Source: Thermoplasmata archaeon (GTDB lineage: Archaea > Thermoplasmatota > Thermoplasmata > Thermoplasmatales > Thermoplasmataceae). Taken from it: a stretch of 59,532 nucleotides of DNA. The stretch is taken from contig JAKATR010000099.1 in the NCBI GenBank assembly GCA_021818675.1, positions 1 through 59,532 of the forward strand, given 5' to 3'. The notes under the pieces are model-generated. The model was given only the letters and a program-made list of their open reading frames with translations. It did no database searches and was not told where the DNA came from. This document shows, piece after piece, positions 18,502-27,035 of this stretch; positions within the stretch are counted from its first letter, which is position 1, and the number at the start of each line of letters is the position of its first letter. The translations under genes were made by a program, and so were the position numbers.

Positions 18502-19403
18502 AGAATAATGCGATAATTTTAGCTTCTTATGGGAGTCCTGAGAGCCGTGATGATTTACTTGAATACTTAAGAGAGGTGTTCAACGGCAGGGACCCTCCTG
18601 AGTTTGCGGTAAATGATACTCAAAAGAAATATGCCATAGTAAATTATATTTCTCCGTCCGGCCAGATCATAAGAAACCTGAGAAACGAGATCGAAAAGCT
18701 TATGATGGCAAATAAAGAACTTCAGGGCGTTCCAATTGTAAATGCCTTTAAACACTGGAAACCATCCCTTATTGAAACTACCAGAAGCTTTGCAGAAAAA
18801 AAAATAGAGAATATCAAAATTTTTCCTCTGTTTCCCCTGAGGGGAAGAAGTATTTATGAGAGCTACATGCAACCAGTAGAAGAATATATTTCAAAAAACA
18901 ATCTGAGTATGACTATTGAACTCATTTCAGGAATATGTTTACAAAAATCTTTTAAGAACATCTGGAGCACAAATATTTCTCGTGTACTCAAAGATGGAGA
19001 TTTTCTGCTGTTTACTGCCCATAGTTTGCCAAGACTCAACAGCGAAGAGGATTTGTACATTAAAGATCTGGAAGAGAATAGCAGAAATATAGCGGAAGAA
19101 TTGGAATTTGAACATTATGGCACAGGCTTCCAGAGCAGAGGACCATATGGTAAAAATTGGCTTGAGCCAAGTATCTATGAGATTCTGGATAAGGTTAAAA
19201 ATGCAGGCTATAAAAGAATTGTATCAGCTCCTATAGGATTTATGTATGATCATCTTGAAATTTTATATGATCTGGATATTCTTTTTGCGGAAAAAGTCAG
19301 GAGCTATGGAATGGAATATGCAAGAGCTGAATCCCCAAATAACAGTGAACAGATGGCTAAACTGCTCTTCTCCATCATCAGGGGATCCTTAGGGCTTTCC
19401 TGA
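18489..19403 (+). CDS. hemH: Ferrochelatase (proto- or coproporphyrin type not distinguishable here)
   Basis: 304 aa. The N-terminal AIILASYGSPES..LLEYL and the C-terminal PIGFMYDHLEILYDLD blocks are typical of ferrochelatases. The gene overlaps the hemE stop by 13 nt. Confidence 0.85.
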   Translation: MGNLKNNAIILASYGSPESRDDLLEYLREVFNGRDPPEFAVNDTQKKYAIVNYISPSGQIIRNLRNEIEKLMMANKELQGVPIVNAFKHWKPSLIETTRSFAEKKIENIKIFPLFPLRGRSIYESYMQPVEEYISKNNLSMTIELISGICLQKSFKNIWSTNISRVLKDGDFLLFTAHSLPRLNSEEDLYIKDLEENSRNIAEELEFEHYGTGFQSRGPYGKNWLEPSIYEILDKVKNAGYKRIVSAPIGFMYDHLEILYDLDILFAEKVRSYGMEYARAESPNNSEQMAKLLFSIIRGSLGLS

Positions 19404-19469
19404 CCCATTGATTGGTATGGCAAAAACAGTAATTGCTTAATTTAATGTATTTGATTAATATGTGAAACC

Positions 19470-20381
19470 ATGGTTAATTCCATTAACATTTTTGCCTTTG
19501 GAATCGATGAATACCTTAGAAAAATATTTAAAAAAGGAACAGAAAGTGACATAACGATATACAACAGAAAGGAGGGTGATAATTTCATAACAGTTCTCAC
19601 GCCTCTCAGGTTTCCAGACAAACTTTCTGCACTCACTGATTCAATGTTTCCTGCAGATATAGTCGTTTTTAATGGAGACACCATAAACAAGGATCTCGGT
19701 GAAGCCATAATATGTGCCGAACTGATGAATAAAAGGAAGGGTTACTTCATCTGCTCCCCTGAAACTGACACAGCCAGAATCAGGAAGCTGTTCAGCGGAA
19801 CAATGGCTGCAAATTATGAGATATATACTGACCAACCAATGAATTTCCTATCTGAAATCTGCAAATTTAAAAGGGAAGAAAAGAGCAATGAGAATACCTC
19901 GGTTATCATAGACCATTTTTTTAAAGTTAAAAGCGTGGGAACAGTAATATTGGGATTCGTGACAAATGGTAAACTTTCAAGGCATCAGGATCTCATTGTG
20001 AGCTATTCAGAATCTAAGGTTCAGGTAAGATCAATTCAAATGAATGATATTGATTTCGATGAAGCCGGAACAGGTTCAAGAGTTGGAATAGCCCTTAAGG
20101 GGGGAGATACTGACGATATGGAGAGAGGTTCCACGCTTACGCCAGATAAGCCGCAATACCTTAAAACATTCAGCGCCAAAATTAATATCCATCCCATGGC
20201 AAAGGGAAAATTCAATGAAAATGGTGAAATATTCCTTGCAAATAATATGAGATACCAGAGAGCCCGTATTTCGGGGAATGAAATCGAGATGGATTCAAAA
20301 ATACAGAAACTACCATATTATCTAATACTTTCACCGAACACTTCACCAAGGATAATTGGAACCGCTGAACCTCTCGAATGA
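19470..20381 (+). CDS. EF-Tu/EF-1alpha/SelB-like protein with degenerate G domain
   Basis: An EF-Tu domain II beta-barrel is clear (VIIDHFFKVKSVGTVILGFVTNGKLSRHQDLIV...VRSIQMNDIDFDEAGTGSRVGIALKG...RGSTL). The N-terminal ~150 aa aligns by eye with a G domain but lacks GxxxxGK(S/T), DxxG and NKxD. Confidence 0.6.
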   Translation: MVNSINIFAFGIDEYLRKIFKKGTESDITIYNRKEGDNFITVLTPLRFPDKLSALTDSMFPADIVVFNGDTINKDLGEAIICAELMNKRKGYFICSPETDTARIRKLFSGTMAANYEIYTDQPMNFLSEICKFKREEKSNENTSVIIDHFFKVKSVGTVILGFVTNGKLSRHQDLIVSYSESKVQVRSIQMNDIDFDEAGTGSRVGIALKGGDTDDMERGSTLTPDKPQYLKTFSAKINIHPMAKGKFNENGEIFLANNMRYQRARISGNEIEMDSKIQKLPYYLILSPNTSPRIIGTAEPLE

Positions 20382-20382
20382 C

Positions 20383-21687
20383 CTATGCTTTAAACATTTC
20401 CTGTTTTCTTTTCATAAGTTCAGGTGAACCGATATCGTGTCTTATATGATATTCTCCTTTTATACGCCAAAGGTTTGATTCAACTGATGCAGAGGCCTGT
20501 TCAATTGTGCTTGCCCTTGAAATTAATGCAATTGCCCTGGACTTTGTCATTTCAAATTCTGTCAGCGATCCATTTACGGTTGAGTAATATATTGTCAAAT
20601 CTTCAGGCATATTGGAAAGATCCAATTTTAGTTTGCCGGGCACAGGATTTTCCCCGTATCCCTTAGGCACTATATATTTCAAAACCGAGGCCTGGTTAAT
20701 AAAATCGACGTCATTATTCGACGCAAGTTTTCCTTCTGCAATACTGAACAGCATGTCGCTGATATTACCTCTGAATAAAGTTAGTACATTCATGCCTTCC
20801 GGATCTGCAAACCTTCCATTCATTTCTATGAGGTAAAGATCTTTAGATGTTTGCATAAATTGTCCATACATAATACCTCTGAATAAGTTTCCATCACTGG
20901 ACATTGAATCGAGGATTTTCTTCATTATTTTCAAAGCCTTTGCCTGAGAATCCTCCCGCAAAAATGGAAGTGAATGATCTGCGCCCGTTATTGAGCCCAT
21001 TCCACCTGTATTTGGTCCAAGATCTCCTTCATATGCTCTCTTATAATCCTGAGCTATTGGCATGGAACTTATTCTTATTCCATCTGTAAATGCCTGCAAT
21101 GAGAATTCGTGACCAATAATTTTCTCCTCAAGGAGCACCTTTTTGTCCTTTCTTAAAATGCTCTTTGCATAACTAATGGCGCTCTTCCTGTCAGGTAACT
21201 GATCACCCATCACCTTGACACCTTTCCCACCGGTTAACCCTACCGGTTTTATTGCATATTCCTTCTCAGTATCATTAATAATCTTTTCCACTTCATATGC
21301 TTCATCAAGCAGGTAAAAAGGGACAATACCTGGAATGGAATATCGTTTCATTAAGGTTCTCATATAGTCTTTTGAGGATTCAATCCGGAAAGCTGCTCTT
21401 GTGGGTGAAGCAACCTTAATGCCATTTGAAGAGAGTTTATCGGCAAGATCAGTATCAAGCATTCCATCGGGACCAATGTATACCAGATCAGGCTTGGTTT
21501 CCAGTATATCTGGTATGCAATCAAGTGGTTTTGATTCCGTTAGTTTGATTGTTTTTGATGAAATAGATGAAAGGGAAGGATTTTGATTGGCCATAACTGT
21601 GATTAACTCGGCGCCGGTGCGAACAATAATTCTGCCTAAGGCATCTTCTCTCCCACCCCCGCCCACAAGCACTATCTTTATTGTCAC
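20383..21687 (-). CDS. purD: Phosphoribosylamine-glycine ligase
   Basis: N-terminal IKIVLVGGGGREDALG, followed by ATP-grasp core motifs. GTG start overlaps the scpB stop (GTGA). Confidence 0.93.
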   Translation of the reverse strand: MTIKIVLVGGGGREDALGRIIVRTGAELITVMANQNPSLSSISSKTIKLTESKPLDCIPDILETKPDLVYIGPDGMLDTDLADKLSSNGIKVASPTRAAFRIESSKDYMRTLMKRYSIPGIVPFYLLDEAYEVEKIINDTEKEYAIKPVGLTGGKGVKVMGDQLPDRKSAISYAKSILRKDKKVLLEEKIIGHEFSLQAFTDGIRISSMPIAQDYKRAYEGDLGPNTGGMGSITGADHSLPFLREDSQAKALKIMKKILDSMSSDGNLFRGIMYGQFMQTSKDLYLIEMNGRFADPEGMNVLTLFRGNISDMLFSIAEGKLASNNDVDFINQASVLKYIVPKGYGENPVPGKLKLDLSNMPEDLTIYYSTVNGSLTEFEMTKSRAIALISRASTIEQASASVESNLWRIKGEYHIRHDIGSPELMKRKQEMFKA

Positions 21688-22178
21688 TGGACTTCACCGT
21701 TATTCCCGCCGATTTGCTTTAGAAATTCCTCTTTCTTTACGTTGAAATATTTGTAAAACTTTGGTGTTACACTGAATGTTTCTGTGTTTCTCTCCTTCTT
21801 TCCTGTAATTAGCCCCTTTTCTTTAAGTGTTTTTATAGATGGGATATACCTGTCACCAAGGCTTCGTCTCAGATCTCCCTTGATGGTTCTTTCTCTCGTG
21901 GCAATAATTCCGGCAACCTTCAGGTCAGTTCTATTGAGCTCTGAGGCGGATACTGGTCCAACAATGTCCTGATATTCCTTTTTTACAGTCAATTTGTATC
22001 TGTTCCCTATTTTTGCAATGTATAATCCAGAAGTTTCTTCGCTCATTTTTTTGATTAGCTTCTGCAGTTCTTTTCTGACAATATTATGTTCTTCGTTTAA
22101 TATGGATGCCATTTCAACAACGCTCAATGGATTTTCTGAAGCATATAAGAGAGCCTCTATTCTAGCAGAGATTGTCAT
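21684..22178 (-). CDS. scpB: Segregation and condensation protein B
   Basis: 164 aa. N-terminal IEALLYASENPLSVVEMASIL is the ScpB signature. Architecture is two winged-helix domains. Confidence 0.85.
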   Translation of the reverse strand: MTISARIEALLYASENPLSVVEMASILNEEHNIVRKELQKLIKKMSEETSGLYIAKIGNRYKLTVKKEYQDIVGPVSASELNRTDLKVAGIIATRERTIKGDLRRSLGDRYIPSIKTLKEKGLITGKKERNTETFSVTPKFYKYFNVKKEEFLKQIGGNNGEVQ

Positions 22179-22316
22179 TGGACAGTAAATCTTTATGGAT
22201 ATAATCTATTTTCTATTTACGGTTATTTTCTTCGCTACTCATAAGGTATTTAAATTACTGTCTGAATCTAAAATGATTAAATACTGAACTGAATTTTCCG
22301 TTAAAAGAGTGAACAC

Positions 22317-23717
22317 ATGTTCGGAAATTTGAAAGCAAATATAGAAAAATTCGATGTTCAGGAGATAAGTGAAAGTGCAAGACATCAAAAACCCAGATCA
22401 CTATTTTACCTCTGGTTTGGTTCTAATCTCACCGTTGCAGATTTTATAATAGGTTCCGCGTACCTTATGAATAATCTTAGCAACTTCTATATGATCATAG
22501 CTCTTGTGATTGCAAATGCAGGTGGAGCTGCATTACTTGCCTTTATGAGTATTCTTGGGCCATTGAAAGGAAGGTCCCAGATGGCTCTTTCCGAAGGCGC
22601 TTATGGAATCATAGGAGGAAAAGCAATGTCTCTTCTTCAGTTTATCAACACTGGAGGATGGCTAACGGTGAACCTGATAATTGCCTCCCAGGCATTATTG
22701 TTTTTAATGTCCAGCGGTGCAACTCAGGGATTCGGCTCAAATCTACTTTTTGATCTGTTTGCCATTGGTTCAATTATTATCGTATCTTTGGTAGTTTTTT
22801 TACTCGCTTTCTTTGGTCATTCAATTATAAAGATGTTTGAAACAGTTATGTCAGTTGTTCTTGGTCTTATGTTCGCATATATAATATTAAACGTTTTAAT
22901 TTTCCATATGAGTGATGTTATATCTCAAAGCAATTCTGTCACAACATTCTCATGGATTTCTTTTGGTGCTGTCATAATGTTGTCTTTCTCATATATCATG
23001 TCATGGGGGCCATACGCCTCTGATTATTCAAGATACATTCCAAGAAGCGAAAAACTCTGGAAATCATTCCTCTACACCTTTTTTGGAGGTTTTCTGGCAT
23101 CCATAGGTGCCGAATTTGCGGGTTTACTTGCGGCATACGTTCTGGGAACAGGCTCGAGCTCGGATTCCATTTTTTTCCCGGTTTTGGGAACGCTCTGGTT
23201 CATTGGGCCCATTGCCCTTCTTCTTGGAGGAATTGCCGCAAATTCATTGAATTTATATTCCAATTTCCTTTCCCTAAAAACAATAGTAACCAGAGCTTCT
23301 AAATTACCGATTATACTTATCGTGTCCCTGGCATCAATTGTTATGGCAGTTCTATTTTATGGAGATTTCTCTGGTTTCTATGAAACATTTCTCTATATAC
23401 TTGATTACTGGATTACCCCATGGATCGGGGTGATGATTGCAGAATTTTTGATAATGAAGGCTGGTGATCATGAAGGGAAAAGCATTAACTGGTCTATTCT
23501 CATATCCTATCTGCTCTCTATAGCAGTATCTTACCCTTTCATGAACACAATTGAATACTATTTAGGGGTACCTATTCCATTCTATACTTTACTTGGCGGA
23601 GTTGATATAAGTTATATAGTTTCATTTTTCTCAGCCATCGTGCTTACAATACTTGTTGAGAGATTTGTATTCAAAAGAACGAACATATTGAGATGGCAAA
23701 GAGGTGTTGATGCCTAA
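22317..23717 (+). CDS. NCS1-family (purine/cytosine/uracil/thiamine/allantoin) permease
   Basis: 466 aa with about 12 helices. The motif GPYASDYSRYIPR resembles the CodB/NCS1 signature. Confidence 0.75.
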   Translation: MFGNLKANIEKFDVQEISESARHQKPRSLFYLWFGSNLTVADFIIGSAYLMNNLSNFYMIIALVIANAGGAALLAFMSILGPLKGRSQMALSEGAYGIIGGKAMSLLQFINTGGWLTVNLIIASQALLFLMSSGATQGFGSNLLFDLFAIGSIIIVSLVVFLLAFFGHSIIKMFETVMSVVLGLMFAYIILNVLIFHMSDVISQSNSVTTFSWISFGAVIMLSFSYIMSWGPYASDYSRYIPRSEKLWKSFLYTFFGGFLASIGAEFAGLLAAYVLGTGSSSDSIFFPVLGTLWFIGPIALLLGGIAANSLNLYSNFLSLKTIVTRASKLPIILIVSLASIVMAVLFYGDFSGFYETFLYILDYWITPWIGVMIAEFLIMKAGDHEGKSINWSILISYLLSIAVSYPFMNTIEYYLGVPIPFYTLLGGVDISYIVSFFSAIVLTILVERFVFKRTNILRWQRGVDA

Positions 23718-23838
23718 GAATTTCCTGTAGTTTCGCTCTACAAATTCTTAATTCGTATGACAGATAAATTATGGTAAACACTCCCCATAAATTAACTGAT
23801 GAAAGTGAATACCTCAAAACTTTTATTATAAAATAGAT

Positions 23839-24327
23839 TTGGTTAAAATGGCAATTCTTGGTGACAGAGATATAACGGAAATGATTTCGAAGGGTTTTCT
23901 TATTTCTGAAAATTTCAGTGAAAAGAGTGTAACACCAAACGGCTATGATTTTAGAGCCCATCAGGTGAGAATTGATGGCTCTGATTTCGATAAAGTTGAT
24001 CTGAACCCCGGGAAATTTGCCCTTGTCTCTTCACTTGAATACTTTAACATGCCAAAGAATGTTATTGGAAATATATGGCTAAGATCGAGCTTCGCAAGAA
24101 AGGGCCTGATTGGAACATTTGGGGTCATTGATGCAGGATACCAGGGTAACATCACCGTTGGATTATACAATGCAGGGTCATCTTCCGTAACATTGAAAAC
24201 TGAGGAAAGAATTGCTCAAATTGTTTTTTCAATGTTAATTACTGAAGCTGAGCATGATTATGGAATAAGGTCAGGGAATTATCAGGGAAAACGCGGGTTA
24301 GTAGAAGCCCATGATACTAAAAAATAA
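23839..24327 (+). CDS. dcd: dCTP deaminase / dUTPase family protein
   Basis: N-terminal AILGDRDITEMISKGFL, the NGYDFRA block, GVIDAGYQGNITVGLYN and RIAQIVF are typical Dcd-family blocks. Deaminase versus dUTPase activity is not resolvable by eye. Confidence 0.8.
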   Translation: MVKMAILGDRDITEMISKGFLISENFSEKSVTPNGYDFRAHQVRIDGSDFDKVDLNPGKFALVSSLEYFNMPKNVIGNIWLRSSFARKGLIGTFGVIDAGYQGNITVGLYNAGSSSVTLKTEERIAQIVFSMLITEAEHDYGIRSGNYQGKRGLVEAHDTKK

Positions 24328-24418
24328 CAACTTATTAGAAATAAAATACAAAATTCAATATCATATCACAGAAATAAGCAGTAGTATTTTAAACAATTTG
24401 ACCTGAAAAGTACTTTAA

Positions 24419-25339
24419 TTATTCCGCCTTTTCAGGTTTTACCTCAATTTCAAGACCTTCATAACTGAGTTCTGAATTCTCAAATATTCTTCTGGCCTCA
24501 TTCAGGAGAACGTTCTTATCGTCTATTCTTGGACTATAGTGAAATAAATAGAGTTTCTTTACATTTCCATCCCTGGAAATTTCAGCTGCCTGCCTTGAAG
24601 ATGTGTGCCCAAATTCATTCACTTTTGGTTCATATGACGAATCAGTTGTTGTTTCATGAATAAGGATATCTGCATTTTTAGCGAAAAGCTTCATTTCCTC
24701 CATGGGCCTTGTATCGCCCGTATAAACAATGATTCTCCCTTTTCTTATTCCCGCGGAAACTTCCTCAATTGTTATAAGTTTGCCTTCGTAATTCAGGATT
24801 CCAGATTTTCTCAGTTGTTCGAGCATCTTTGAGGGGATGCCGCTTTCCCTTGCTTTTTCTCCATCAATTTTGATTAAATCCGGCTCGCTAATTTTATATG
24901 CCATTGCCGGAACCGGGTGATCAGTCTTCATGGTTGAAATCTTGAATTTCTCAAAATTTACAGTGTCGCCGAATGGAATTTCTACGAGTTCAACTGGAAA
25001 AGTCAGTTTGTAATACCCTATGCCCAGAGCTTTTGACATAATTGGTACCGTACCCGGTGGACCATAAATGTTAAGAGGTTCAGTTCTACCGTTGAATGAC
25101 ATGCTCTGAACCATTCCAATGAGCCCAAGAAAGTGATCTCCATGAAAATGCGTTATGAAAACGTTCCTGATCTTCATGAATGAAAAGGAACTCTTCATGA
25201 TCTGCTTCTGTGTGCCCTCCCCACAGTCAAAAAGATTTAAAATATCATCTATTTGAACTGCCACTGAAGGAAGAGATTGGCCTGGTTTAGGCCATGAGCC
25301 TCCTGTTCCTAGAAATGCTATTTTAATATTTGATGCCAA
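24419..25339 (-). CDS. rnz: Ribonuclease Z (tRNA 3' endonuclease)
   Basis: 306 aa. Starts FLGTGGSWP, with the metallo-beta-lactamase motif ITHFHGDHFLGL and C-terminal LFHYSPR. Confidence 0.9.
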   Translation of the reverse strand: MASNIKIAFLGTGGSWPKPGQSLPSVAVQIDDILNLFDCGEGTQKQIMKSSFSFMKIRNVFITHFHGDHFLGLIGMVQSMSFNGRTEPLNIYGPPGTVPIMSKALGIGYYKLTFPVELVEIPFGDTVNFEKFKISTMKTDHPVPAMAYKISEPDLIKIDGEKARESGIPSKMLEQLRKSGILNYEGKLITIEEVSAGIRKGRIIVYTGDTRPMEEMKLFAKNADILIHETTTDSSYEPKVNEFGHTSSRQAAEISRDGNVKKLYLFHYSPRIDDKNVLLNEARRIFENSELSYEGLEIEVKPEKAE

Positions 25340-25424
25340 TGATGGTTCAGTGTGTTTTAGTATTTTTATTTGTTATATAGACACTTAAGCACAAAATTAT
25401 CTATATGAAAACCATTCTCTATTC

Positions 25425-26954
25425 GTGAGCAGTGCAAGTGAGGGTCATTACCTTGGAGTGGATGCGGTATTCCAGTATTCAGGGGTAGGCGCACAGCTTG
25501 TTTCAGGCTCAATCTTCTATCTCATTGCGGTCAGGATGTTTTCACCTACTGCAGTTGGCGCAATTGTTATGTTTGTGGCCATCGTAGGTCTCTTCAACAC
25601 AATATTCTCATTTGGGCTTGGCTCTGCGGCTCAACACTTCACATCTTACAGTATAGGAACGGGAGATTATGCATCGGTGAAGAGGACAGTATATTCAATA
25701 ATAAGCTACGGGTTTGCCTTATCCATAAGCGGATTCGTTGTCCTCTATATATTAAGCCCTGACATTTCCTTAATCTTTCTTCATACTTCATCTTATACTA
25801 CGCTTATAATACTACTGGGATTTGTTATCCTTGGAAATGTTTTATTTGGAGTGATGAATGGAGCTCTCCTCGGATCGCAGAGTTTCAGACTTTCAGCAGT
25901 TATTTCAATAATCATATGGGCCATTTACTATATTGGTGCAATTGGTATGGCCATAATCTTCAGATCTTTATCCACTGTCATTGTTGGTTGGGCTGTAGGC
26001 ATATTTGCAGGAGTTGCCATAGAACTTATTGCTATCATTCAGATTATGCGCAAATATGAATCTGGAAAGTATAAAAAGAATGCAAACATGGTTTTTGCAT
26101 ATTCTCTGCCAGTTCTATTTTCGAGCCTTATATCATACGGCGCTGGTTATGCAGACAGATTCGTAGTAACTGGTTTGACAAGCCTTCAAAATCTTGGGGT
26201 CTACAATTTTGCCCTCTTAATTGCCTCATCCATAGGTTTCATTGCCTCCCCGTTCAATAACATACTTATGCCAAAATTTTCTGAACTCTTTGGAAGAAAT
26301 CGGAGAGATGAAATCGCAGAAAATGTAAAGGCATCCTCTCTTCTTCTCACTTCATTGTATGTTCCCGCTGCACTGGGAATTGCAGCTCTCGCACCTTCCA
26401 TTTTGCTCCTTCTAGGGGGCAGTTCACCATATGATGAGGGATCAGGAGCGTTGATTATAATCATGTTCTTCTCGGCAATTTTCGTGAGTCAGAATATTCT
26501 TTCACAGGCAATTGCATCTATCAGGAGAACGAAATTATTTTTATATACCAGTGCAGGTGCACTCACTGCCAATGTATTCTTGTCTATTCTGCTCATTCCG
26601 CCTTTTGGCCTTGAGGGTGCGGCTTTTGGATTTTCTTCTGTATATGCCGTATCTTTCATAACGCTATATTATTTTGCCAGAAAAGAGAATGTCGTTAAAT
26701 TTGATTCTGCTGGAACCTTGAAAATATGGTTCTCGTCCATAGTGATGCTCATGGTCATACTTGGTCTTCAATTCTATATAGGGCTGAGTCTATTTCTCAT
26801 CCCCGTATACATTGCCATAGGGTTTATAGTTTATATAACGCTTTCAAAAGTCGTTGGAATTTTCAAGAATGAGAATAAGGATATGGTTCTGGCACTATTT
26901 CCACCAAATTTAAGGAGAATAAGAAAACTCATATCCTTTTTTATTCTCCATTAA
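25425..26954 (+). CDS. Oligosaccharide/polysaccharide flippase (MOP superfamily, Wzx-like)
   Basis: 509 aa with about 14 helices, the typical MOP-flippase length and topology. GTG start. Confidence 0.7.
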   Translation: MSSASEGHYLGVDAVFQYSGVGAQLVSGSIFYLIAVRMFSPTAVGAIVMFVAIVGLFNTIFSFGLGSAAQHFTSYSIGTGDYASVKRTVYSIISYGFALSISGFVVLYILSPDISLIFLHTSSYTTLIILLGFVILGNVLFGVMNGALLGSQSFRLSAVISIIIWAIYYIGAIGMAIIFRSLSTVIVGWAVGIFAGVAIELIAIIQIMRKYESGKYKKNANMVFAYSLPVLFSSLISYGAGYADRFVVTGLTSLQNLGVYNFALLIASSIGFIASPFNNILMPKFSELFGRNRRDEIAENVKASSLLLTSLYVPAALGIAALAPSILLLLGGSSPYDEGSGALIIIMFFSAIFVSQNILSQAIASIRRTKLFLYTSAGALTANVFLSILLIPPFGLEGAAFGFSSVYAVSFITLYYFARKENVVKFDSAGTLKIWFSSIVMLMVILGLQFYIGLSLFLIPVYIAIGFIVYITLSKVVGIFKNENKDMVLALFPPNLRRIRKLISFFILH

Positions 26955-26980
26955 CCGCTTACAGGAAAATCCTAAAGTAA

Positions 26981-27012
26981 AAATTTATATATAATATAAT
27001 ATTATTTAAATG
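26981..27012 (+). promoter_or_regulatory. AT-rich promoter region with TATA candidate (TTATTTAAA) for the smc operon
   Basis: TTATTTAAA at 27003-27011 is centred about 29 nt upstream of the smc ATG (27036). A second candidate, TTTATATATAA, lies just upstream. Confidence 0.4.
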
Positions 27013-27035
27013 ACAATTGTCGGACGTAATCATTC

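Noticed and set aside
22179-22316. A TPP (THI-box) or purine riboswitch upstream of the NCS1 permease.
   Set aside because: The leader is AT-rich and lacks the conserved CUGAGA / ACCUGA THI-box elements or any extended pairing. It is probably just divergent promoters.
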